Positions 53,513 to 64,000 of a stretch of 64,000 nt of DNA are shown piece by piece; within the stretch, counting starts at the first letter, position 1; each line of letters begins with the position of its first letter. Source of the stretch: Geosiphon pyriformis uo1. Its lineage: Eukaryota; Fungi; Glomeromycota. The DNA lies in the NCBI GenBank assembly GCA_016748015.1, contig JAAOMT010000571.1, positions 284,582 through 348,581 on the forward strand, written 5' to 3'. The translations under genes were made by a program, and so were the position numbers. The notes below the pieces were generated by a model. The model was not told the DNA's origin, did no database searches, and saw only the letters and a program-made list of their open reading frames with translations.

Positions 53513-54431
53513 TGTTACTGGAGGTTTTTGGTCTCTTCTTAGCTCTTGTATGTTTGTTGTAATGCTGTTAATTCATGACTATGGGAAGTGTTTAAACCTC
53601 TGATAACTGAATTTATCTTCAAATTATTTCCTATAATTTGAACTGCTGGGCTTATAAGTGGAATGGCCAATTTTTTGCCAGTTGCTTTATATAGTTATGT
53701 TGTAGTAAATGTCAATTCTTTCCCAGGAATTGCTCGTCTAGAAGCTCACTAAAAATGTGTAGTTACTTTGCTGTAAAAGTCAACTTTTCTACAGAAATCT
53801 TGTCTGTAGGCTACTCTAATGATTATAATAAGAAAATAAAAGAAAAATAAAAGAAATGTAAAAAAAATAGGATTTTATCAAGGGAAACGTTTTCTATCCA
53901 GGTCTGAAGTCACTAACAGTTTACTGAAATTGGTAGCTAATCAATTTCAAAATGTTAGTTGGGTTTTGAGGATTTTCCAAGTGCAATAATTAAAAAATTT
54001 GGTTTTTCGAATTATTTGATATTTATTTCTTTTTGTGTGTGTAGGAATAGTTCTAAGTGATAAATCTAAAGTAAGATATATTTTCTTGAAGAGAAAAGCT
54101 CTTCTTTTATACAACTTGTTGTAACACTATTCCATGAACTTGAACTTTGCTCTTTTCTACAATTTTGCTGAACTAAAGATACATTTCGGCGAATTTCTAC
54201 AAATTTTGGCAAACTTTTAAATGTTACATATTTTGGAGTATTGCCTGATTGATCATTGCACTTAGGTTACATTTGTGTTATATACAAATTGGGTTATTAA
54301 TTAAATGATAATTTCAGACATTTTGCTAATGTAATAAGTGATAATTTGAAATGATAATATATGCTAATTAATGATAGGAATTATAAAGATAATTTCATGC
54401 TAAATAATATCTCTAATTTTGTCTGGTAACA
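53513..54431 (-). repeat. C2 3' LTR, subtype X (919 bp)
   Basis: Matches 34681-35598. Confidence 0.95.
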
Positions 54432-55119
54432 TAACTTCTTCCTCAAGACTGAGCTCCATTAAAGTCCAAGTACTGTCTGTAATTTCCAGATAGTAATCCA
54501 AAATTATTGAAGAAATTTGGTTTGAAAATTGTTGAAATTTCAGTTCTGTGAGCTTTCCAATGTATTGAATCTTCAAAAGTTGTAAAATTGGGTTTTGTAG
54601 GACGTTTTCACAAATGTGAAATAGGTCGTAAAGTCTAAGAACAGCTTTTAGTTTATAATGACTGTTTATAGGTCCAGCTGTTGTCTTGAATTTGTTGTGG
54701 AGTTGTTTCCAAATATCTTCTTTTGTGAGGTTTGCTGCTGTAAGCTCCCATTTTCATTCGTGAAGTGTTTTTCCAATGTAGAAATATCTATATATTGGAG
54801 TATAATTGTAGTTTTCTTCATTAAGACACAGTTGAAGTTTTTGTTGAATAGTAGTATTTGGTAGAATACTAATAGGAATGAGCATTAAGTTTTCTCTTAA
54901 AGCAAGCTTTAAAAGTTCTAGCAGGTGAATTCCAAAATAACTTCTTGTGTTCTTCTTATATGGGTAATATTTTCGTGAATTTGGGGCTAAATTTGTAACT
55001 ATTTCTGTTTGAGTATAATTAATGTGGCTTCCAGTAACAGTAATAGATAATTTGGGTATTGTTTTTAAAGCTAACATTAGTTTTTGGGATAATTGTTGAA
55101 TGTTTTGAGAAATAGTTAT
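54400..55119 (-). pseudogene. C2 accessory 3' ORF
   Basis: Includes ORF 54754-55077; colinear with 42841-43560. Confidence 0.75.
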
Positions 55120-55242
55120 TATAAGAGATTTAAAAATAAAAGAAAATTATTTTTGGTGTATGGGTTTTTATTATTTTTGCTTTGTTTTTGTGAGATTGTT
55201 TCTAAATTATAAGGAGATAACTATAATAATAATAAATTTAAG

Positions 55243-56628
55243 TTAAGTGTTCAAGTTGTGAGGTTGTTTAATGACAACTATTGGTTCTAAATTTTGGGAA
55301 ATATCTTTGGGATTGATTAAAGGGGAATGTGTACCAATTTGTGTAATTAATAGTTCAGGATTGTTTCTGGAATTATAGTGTTTCAAACAATCTTCATATG
55401 CAACTTTTGCTAGGATTTTGTTATTAAGTCTTAGCTTGTATGATCTGTTGCCTAGAACTTCATGGATAAAAAATGGCCCATCCCATTTATTTTCAAATTT
55501 TCTACTCCATTGTTTTTCAGCTTTAGTTTTGTGTAAGAAAACTTTGTTTCCAACTTTAAATTCATTGGTGACTGAAGACAATTTATTGTCATGCCATTCT
55601 TTTTGTTGAGCTTGGGAGTGTTCAATATAGGTGGCTGCTATTCGTCATTTTCTTTCTAATGTGCTAAGCAAAGTGTAGGCTCTTTACTGAAGTGTTTCCT
55701 GGAAATTGTTTTTATCAATTGGTTGTGCTGGGTATGTTTCCACTGTGAAACTAATTAGTAACATTGCTGTCCTTCTATAAGTTAAATCAAATGGTGTGTG
55801 TTTTGTGGTATCTTGTTTTAGTGTTCTGTATGCTAGTAACACTAATGGAATAAAGATATCCTATTCTTGCTCAAAATTGGTTGAGACTTTGGCTAATGAC
55901 TTATACAATGTTCTGTTAAAATGTTCCACAAGTCTGTTTGTCTATGGATAGTATGGCAAAGAGAGAGGTCTTTTGACATTGAATTGTTCACAGATTTTTT
56001 GAATTAGATTGTTCACAAAATGTGTTCTTTGATTGGATAAAAATTCAATTGGGCATTCATATTTACAGATAATGTCTTCATAAATGAAATTTGCTACTGA
56101 TTTTGTATCTGCTTGTTGAATGACTCTGGCTTTGGGCCATTTAGTAAGATAATCTATGGCTACTGTAATATAATAGTTTCCTTGGTTTGTGATAAGTAGT
56201 GGTTCGACTAAATCAATACCAACTCAGTCAAAAGGCTGTCCAACTTTGATTGGGTTTAATGGTTCTGTAGGGCAAGTTCTTTTTCTTCTTTGACAACTAT
56301 CACAAGATTTAACATATTTATGAATGTCTTTTCTCATTTGAGGCCAAAAAAAATATTCTAGTGTTCTCTGGGTGGTACTGTTTTTTCTTAGATATGCTGA
56401 TAAAGAGTCTGAATGCATGTTGTATAAAATAGTTTCTTTTTCATGTTCTTGTATTAATTTGAGTAGATTGTCTGGATTTCTGAAGTTTTAATAATAAATA
56501 ATGTTGTTATGTAAGAAGTATTGTTTGGCTTGTTGTTGTAACTGATGTTTTTTATCTGGGGACCAATCTGTTAGGATTGTTAATGTCTCCAGATATTGTT
56601 TAAAATTGTTGTAGTTTTTGGGATTTAT
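55243..56628 (-). pseudogene. int: C2 integrase
   Basis: ORFs 56224-56418 and 55243-55581; 1386 nt, as in C1. Confidence 0.88.
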
Positions 56629-56653
56629 TGTTTGTTGTTTTGTTGCTGTTAAT

Positions 56654-59600
56654 TCAAATGGGTGTCGGTTCTGTTTTCAAATCTTGCCTCATTCTTGAGA
56701 GACAATCAACATTGGTATGGAGTTTTCCTAGTTTGTGGTGTACAATGTATTGGTAGTTGGCTAAAAATTCTGTCCATTGAGTTTGTTTTGCATTCAGTTG
56801 GGTGTTTTTGTTCTGAAGCCATTTGAGTCCAATATTATCAGTGATAATATCGAATTCTTTAGGTCTGAGATAAAGATTGAAGTAGTATAGGGCCCAAATT
56901 ATGGCTGCTGTTTCTAGTTTTGTGGTAGGGTAGTTTTTCTCAGCTGGTTTTAATGTTCTGCTAGCATAAGCAATTACTCACTCATTTCTATTGTCATCTA
57001 ATTGTGATAAAATAGCACCAAAGGCAGTGTAAAAAGCATCTGTAGCTAGTCAAAATTGGTTACTGAAGTCTAAGTAGGCTAGAATTGGAGCTGTTGTCAG
57101 CTTTTCTTTGAGAATTTCAAAAGCTTTTTGGTGTTCTTCCGTCTATTTGTATTCGATATTTTAAGTAATAAGCTAGTTAAAAGATTTTGCAATTTCTGAG
57201 AATCTTTTGATGAATTTTTGGTAATAAGAAGCTAATCCAATAAATCCTCTCAATTCTGTGGTATTTTATGAAGTCTTAAAGTTCTTGACAGGGCTGATTT
57301 TTCGGGGGTCTGGTTTAATTCTATCTTTGCTCACAATATGGCCAAAAAAGGCCAAACTCGTTTTTCCAAAGTAGTATTTTTTGATGTTCAGTTTCAATTC
57401 TGCTTTTTGTAATCATTGAAAAACTTCTTGCAGGTGTTTTAAGTGTAATTCAAAAGATGGTAAATAAACATCAGTATTATCGAGATAGACAACTACTGAT
57501 TTCCAAAAAAAGTCTTTGTAAACAACATCCATGAGTCTTTGAAATGTTGCTGGTGCATTGCATAATCTGAAAGGCATTACATTGAACTTGTAATTTTTTT
57601 TTTGAGTGGTGAATGCTGTTTTGGGGCAATCTTTGGGATCTATGGCAACTTGTCAGTATTCACTCTCTAAATCTAATGTTGAAAAGTATTTGAACTTTCC
57701 AAAAACATCCAACATGTCATCAATTTGGGGAAGAGGATAGGCATCTCCAATGGTGACACTGTTGAGTTGTTGATAATTAACACAAAATCATATCTTTCTA
57801 TTTTTCTTTTTAACTAGGACCACAAGTAAGGCCCATGAACTCATTGATGATTGAATAAGCCCATTGTTAAGCATCCGTTGTACTTCTTCTTGGATAAATT
57901 GTTGGCTTTCTAGAGCAACTTGGTAGACTTGTTGTCGCCTTAGTTTGGTATCTCCTATATAAATTTGGTGTTGAACCAAATCAGTTCTTCCTAAGTCATT
58001 GTTGTTTTCAGCAAAGATATCAGTAAATTTTGCAATTAGCTCTTTGAGCTGGTTCTGTTGTTGTGGTTCAAGTTGTCCTATGTTGATTTGAGATAGTTTT
58101 TCCATGACAACATAGTAGTTTTCAGAGCTGGGGTTTGGGTTGATTTTTGGTAGTGAATGTCCAATAATTTCCAAGAAATTAGGAACTGTTTGGGATAGTT
58201 CTTGTTAAAAGATGTTACTGTGAATGACTCCAATTTTTAAGTTATTTAATAAAACTATAGGATAATTGTTGGGATTATAAAAAATAACTCAGACTTTCTT
58301 TGTTCTTTCTGGAATATAAATGTTTGGGATTGAAATATTATGTTCCAAGCAGACTTGTTCATTGGATTCAAAAATTTGTTGTGTGGTTGTTGGCTTTGGG
58401 CAGATGTAGATTTCCAGATGTTCCCCAAAAGGTGAAATAATAATTGGTTGTGGAAGTCGTAGAATCTGGTGAGATTCACTTTGTTCATTAAGAGTTATGT
58501 TTACTGGAACTGTGAATCGTCCAGTTGAATCAAAACCATTGGTTCCTCTTTCATTTTTTTCCAATTGTTCTTTTTAACTGATTAATTGTAAACCCGAAAC
58601 GTTGATTAAGAGTAAATAAATAGCTTGAGCAATTTTTTCAGCATGTTCAATTTGAAAAGATTTATTGGTTTTATTTTGTAACATGATTGTAATGTCTCCT
58701 GTATATCCAGCATCTATGATTTTTTGCTTACCAATGATGATTGTGAAACAATTTGGACCATTGCTCCTGGTGGAATTTTGAGAGCAATTTTGAGGTTGAT
58801 CTTGGTAAGAAAATTTGGTTGAAGAACCAAAGTGTCTTTTTTTGGATATTATAGATTGTATCCAGCATCAATTTCATGTGCTTTTTCAGGCTTTATTCTT
58901 TGTCCATTGTTGTTGAAGTATTTGAGCTGTAAAGCAGACTGACTTTTGATAAGATAAATGGATGTCATTTCAATTTCTTCCATTGCTTTAGATTCACCAA
59001 ATTTGATTTCATATTCGTCACTTTCACTGGGTAATGAAATGCTAAGGGCATAGCATTCAGGACACCATTGTTCATCACAAGGCATTATACATTTCTCACA
59101 TAATTTAATGTTTATTTGCTCTAGCTATTGAGCTTGAGCTTCTTTGGTCAAGTAAATGTAACTTGCGATTTGATGGTACACTTCTACTTCATTTTTATAA
59201 TCGAATCCAGCTAATTCTAAGGTATATTTGATATATTTAGCTTCCTTCATTTAAAGAACATCTTCTTTGGTTCCTCTATTAATTAAAATCATGGCAAGTT
59301 CATAAATCATTTCGGCATTATGGGGGTAATGATGGAGTTTGTTGAAGACACTATTGTATGCGGCATTGAAAGATGTTCTATGTTTTACTTTTTCTGCAAT
59401 AGAAAGAGCATATTGGCAAGTTTGATCACAGACTCCTCCTCTAAATGCAACATCAATTTAGTCACATTCATCAGGAAGCTGCTTTCCACAAGTAAGACAG
59501 AGTGTTTTATCCCATTTTCTATTTCTTTTGATCAAGTGGCCCCATTGTTCTCAATGGCAGGCCTTGCAGTAGTAGCAGATGTGACTTTCATATTCTTCCT

Positions 59601-62288
59601 CAGGTGAAATACAAGCTCCCATTGACAATAGTTTCTTATGGCAGTTCTTATATTTAAGGGAAATATAGGGGCGTCGTTTCCTTGGTTTAGGCTTTGAGTA
59701 AGGGATATTCCATCCAGAGGTTTCAGGTTTAGAGTGTGAAGTAAAATGTTCTTGTTCAGTTTCCTCGACCCAATTGGACATTGATCCAAGAGCCATGAAT
59801 GTTTCGATTATTGGTTTTTCTTCTTTTAGTTTGAATTCAAAAGCCGGGGCTTTTTTGAAGCATTTGTTAAATGTACCACAAGTGGCAGGTACTTGGACAT
59901 GTTGTCCTTGGTAAGAAATTTGTAGTTTTTGGGTTTCTTAGTCTAATTTTGTATTGGTTTTTTGAAGCCAGTCATTTCCGACAAGGGCTTGATACTAAGA
60001 AGCATCCATTACAAGAACTTTAACTGGAATGGTGATTCCATTAAGAGTGAATGGAAAATTGTCAATTTCTCTCACTGGAGTCTTTTTTATGCCATCAGCA
60101 GTAACAATTACTGTTTGAGCTGGTCAGTCAATATTTCTCTTTAACTGTTGCATCAACTGGTAAGTAATAATACTTCCAGCAAATTCACTGTCTAGGATTA
60201 AGCGAATTGTCTTTCTTTCAACTTCAGCTTTAGTATATATAGCTGTGATTGCTTTCTGTTTATTTGCAGCAGCATTGCTGAGTAGAAATGGTGATTCATT
60301 GGCTTTGAACTCGAAAGAAAAGATATTAGAGAGATTGGCATTTTCAGCAATTCTGGCTAATGGAATAGTGGTGTAGTTATGAAAAAAATTTTGTTGTTGT
60401 GCTGTAGCTCTACCTTCTAAGAGTGCAGTATGGTGAAAATCCTGTTTTTCTGGCATTGTTAAATAACTGGGTTGAGTGTAATAGTGATTGGGTCTTGGTT
60501 GAGCAGAATTTTGGAAAACCAATTGGTTGTTCAAACTGATTCTATTGTTGTTTACTTGATATCAGTTTTGTGGTGTGAATTGATTTTGTGTAATCAATCT
60601 TCAAGCAGATATCTGATAATGTTGTGTGGGTGGTTGTTGGTATTGCTGTTGGATTGGCTGTGGGATGGGCTAATAATAATTATTTTGGTATTGGGGTCTT
60701 GGTGAATAGTAAGCTGGTAGTGGTAGTTGATAATAAGATTGCTGTAATGGAGGGTAATGTTGATTATTCCTCTATTGTTGGTCTCATTGCAATTTTCTAC
60801 AATCGCATTTCCAGTGTCTTGGAATTCCACAATAATAACAATTTTGGATTTGGTTGTTGAATGGTAGTCTGAAGTTGTTTTGATTGCATTGTTGTGAAGA
60901 TTGGTATCTTTGTGGTTGTTGTGATTGCTGTGGCTGCTGTTGTTGCTGTTGGTTGGTAAAGTAGTTTTCAACTTTCTTGGTTAATTGGTCAATTTTTTTT
61001 CAGCTGTTGAGCTGGTTTCTCTAATAGCCAGGTTAACAAGTTTGGTACGGTTGGCTTTTTCTATGGCCATTTCATAGTTTTTTGTCTGTTGAATAGCAGT
61101 GGCTAAATCTTCTGGTGCATGTGGGCAAACTTTCTTGATAAGTTTGTCTTTTAGTCTAGCAATGAATTGGTCCAAGATTTGTGCATTGGAATAGTATTCA
61201 TTGGTTTCCAATTGGTGAATTCTTTTAAGCAGTTTGTTGAATTTCCCAAAATAGGTCATAACTGATTCACTTGGTTCTTGCTTGATATTTTGGAACTGAT
61301 TTTAAAGAGTAATAGAAGTGTTATTGTCAGTAAACTGTTCTAGAAAAGCAGTTTTGAATGCTTTCCAGTGTTCTGGTGGGGCTTCCAAGTTTTCAAACCA
61401 TTCACCAGCTGTTTTTTGTAAGAAGTATGAAATTGTTTTTAACAATCTGGCAGCATTCCAACCATTTGCATCTTCTGCTTTTAAGACTTTGTCAAGCCAT
61501 TCTTGAGAACTGGTTTTGCTGTTTTCTTCTGTGAACTCAGAGATTTTTGCAATATATGTGGAGGCCATTTTTTCTTCATTTTCTAAGTCTTCTGTTTCTT
61601 GTTCTGCTTCAGTTTCTTTGCTTTCCAAACTTTCTGAATGATTACTTTCATTTTCCTGTAGGTAATCAAGAAGGTTGGTGCTAGTTGAGATTGGTTTTTG
61701 TTGTTGAATAGGGCTTTTGGGTGACTGAAAATCTTTTATTCTTGAAAATCGAATAAGAAGTGAATTTGGTGTTTGTAATTGAGCAAGTAAAATTGGAAAT
61801 GGTGTGATAGAAAGTGATAATTTGATGCTGGTTCCTTGTTCAGGTGTTTGCAAGTGTTTGGCAGTTGTCTTTGTTAGTATTGGAGTGTTTGAAGTGGTTT
61901 TTGAGTGTTGTTTCGCTTTTTGTTTGCCTTTGTTGCTTGTTTCTGTTTCTAATTCAGAGTCAAAAAAGTATTTGGACTGCACTGGATATTTTTCTTTGCA
62001 ATACTTGATATTGTTATAATTGAGTTCTTGGAAGTAGGTGGCAAGTGTTTCACTGTTAAGGTCTTCAGTTTCTAATCGTGAATAGTGTGCTAAATTATTG
62101 TAGAGATTGCTTCTAACTTCTGAAATATTGTAATTTCCAAGAAGATAATTGTTGATACAATTTTCAATATATAGATAAAGTGTTCTTTTGACAATTTCAA
62201 TTCCGTCTGGAATGTTGAATCTTTGCTTTCAATGAGTGTAAATTGACTGGTAATACTCTAGAGTTGCTGTGTCTGGTGTGGTTGCTAC
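56654..62288 (-). pseudogene. gag-pol: C2 gag-PR-Cys-rich-dUTPase-RT-RNase H polyprotein
   Basis: ORFs 61302-61982, 60981-61259, 60124-60534 (LILDS), 59551-59796, 58849-59085, 58289-58564 and 57788-58174. Confidence 0.9.
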
Positions 62289-62334
62289 TTTGAATTTTGT
62301 TGTTGCTGTGTTATTTCCATGGGAAAGCACCAAA

Positions 62335-63313
62335 TGTTACTGAAGGTTTTTGGTTTCTTTTCTTGAATGTTGTAACTGTCTGTTGGTTGCAAATTCACGT
62401 TTTCTAGAAGTAGTTGGACCTCCAGTAACTGAATTTATCTTTAAATTATCTCCTATAATTTGAACTGCTGGGCTTATAAGTGGAATGGCCAATTCCTTGC
62501 CAGTTACTTTATGTAGTTACATTGTAGTAAATGTCAACTCTTTCTTAGGAATTGCTCGTCTGGAAGCTCACTAAAAATATGTAGTTATTTTGCTGTGAAA
62601 GTCAACTTTTTTACAGGAATCTCATCTGTAGGCTACCCTAATAATCATAATAAGAAAAGAAAAGAAAAATAAAAAAATGTAAAAGAAATATGATTTTATT
62701 AAGGGAAACGTTTTCTATCTAGATCTGGAGTCACTAACAGTTTACTGAAATTAGTCGCTAATCAATTTTAAAACGTTAATTGGGTTTTTGGGGATTTTCC
62801 AAATGCAATAATTAAAGAATTTGGTTTTTTGAATTATTTAATATTTATTTCTTTTTGTGTGTGTAGAAATAGTTTTAAGTGATAAATCTAAAGTAAGATA
62901 CATTTTCTCAAAGAAAGAAGCTTTTCTTTTATACAACTTGTTATAACACTATTCTATGAAATTGAACTTTGATATTTTCTACAATTTCGCTAAACTAAAG
63001 ATATATTTCAGTGAATTACAAGTTATTTCTGTAAACTATTAGATATTTTGGTGAACTATCAATTATTTTGGCAAATTTCTACAAATTTCAGTGAACTTTT
63101 TGAATGTTACATAGTTTGGGGTATTGCATGATTGATCATTACAATTAGGTTACATTTATGTTATATGCAAATTGGGTTATTAATTAAATAATAATTTCGA
63201 ACATTTTGCTAATGTAATAAGTGATAATTTGAACAATAATATATGCTAATTAATAATAGAAATTATAAAGATAATTTCATGTTAAATAATATCTTTAATT
63301 TTGTCTGGTAACA
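62335..63313 (-). repeat. C2 5' LTR, subtype Y (979 bp)
   Basis: Matches 43529-44507; adjoins the PBS. Confidence 0.95.
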
Positions 63314-64000
63314 TTGCTGAATTGGGGCAGGCTGAGCTATTGGTGTCAAAATGATCATTCCTCATTGGAAAAGACTCAGTTTGTGTGGCTATGACTGTGG
63401 AAAATTGTGATACATAGGTGTTTAGAGATTGCTTCAGAGCGCTTCTGTTTATTTTGCTGGTGGAAACAACTGTGTATAATCTTGGCACTCTTTTGGATGG
63501 GGCTGGTGGTAGAACTTGCATTATTAATTATTCTTTGGATACTGGTAATAGATTTTACTGTGCTGTGGTCAGCTTTGAATCTAAAAGAGATTTGGATTTT
63601 GCCTTTCACACTGAGCCTAATTTTGGTGGTGTGCGACTCTTTTGGGCTAAATTGGATTTGGTTCAGTACAAAAGGAGTGTTTTGGACATTCAGTGCTTAA
63701 ATGTAATGCTTCTGCTAATAATATGCCATCATCATCTTTGGCTAAATCTTTTAAAGGTTTTGTTTCTAAGAAAAGATGTCTCCAGCTGGCCAAATTATAT
63801 CAAAAGAAGGATGTTCCGATCTCTCACTCTGTTGCTTTTGGTGGAAAATCCTGGGCCCAAGTGGTCTCAGTGGCAACCCTTTTCTTTCATGACTTTTCTG
63901 CTGGTTCTGGCTTAGGTTCTCTCCTTCCTTTACATCATGGCTTTGGTGATGTTTCTTCTTTGAATGACTGCTTGGCTTCTTTGGAATGCTTATTAAAGCT
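63314..64000 (+). mobile_element. Continuation of LINE ORF1 (runs off the window)
   Basis: ORF 63418-63915 FRALLFILLVETT...GGRTCII is homologous to ORF1 at 5070-5250 and 48366-48692. Confidence 0.88.

Larger units (their letters stand above)
53513..63313 (-). mobile_element. Ty3/gypsy element C2 (reciprocal recombinant: 5' LTR Y, 3' LTR X)
   Basis: LTRs 62335-63313 and 53513-54431; PBS ~62315-62332; PPT 54432-54444; flanks CTGT (53509-53512) and TTGC (63314-63317). Confidence 0.95.

Noticed and set aside
29361-61506. Many antisense or off-frame ORFs in the track (e.g. 29361-29798, 37061-37351, 53286-53603, 60624-60860, 61318-61506)
   Set aside because: They are shadows of CAA-rich TE coding strands, without motifs or cross-family conservation.
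4017-63313. Alternative genetic code (TAA/TAG = Gln)
   Set aside because: Stops also replace Arg and Trp, differ between copies, and accompany G>A missense changes; hypermutation explains them.

Overview
Gene-free, very AT-rich eukaryotic retrotransposon graveyard. By resemblance it is most likely a Glomeromycotina fungus such as Geosiphon; that is inference only. It holds four ~10 kb Ty3/gypsy LTR elements of three related families. Element A is split between 16961-34680(+) and 51441-53512(-); B (18922-28845, +) is nested in the gag of A; C1 lies at 34681-44507(+) and C2 at 53513-63313(-). It also holds several RNase H-bearing LINEs, one full length with a 15-bp TSD at 4017-10724, plus near pure-AT 'ghost' remnants. 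All coding regions are pseudogenised by almost purely C>T/G>A mutation. Main observations: (1) all three gypsy families share an unusual, complex-retrovirus-like layout: LTR-PBS-[GUG? helical N-terminal domain]-[AUG capsid]-CCHC-PR-Cys-rich domain-dUTPase-dUTPase-like-RT-RH-stop, then a separate integrase ORF, then an extra ~240-aa non-env ORF running into the PPT; (2) swapped TSDs and swapped LTR subtypes show the segment between C1 and C2 was inverted by recombination between them, with a probable conversion tract in integrase; (3) all four 4-bp TSDs are compatible with an ancestral NCGN target. Coordinates were read by eye, and those of degenerate regions are approximate.
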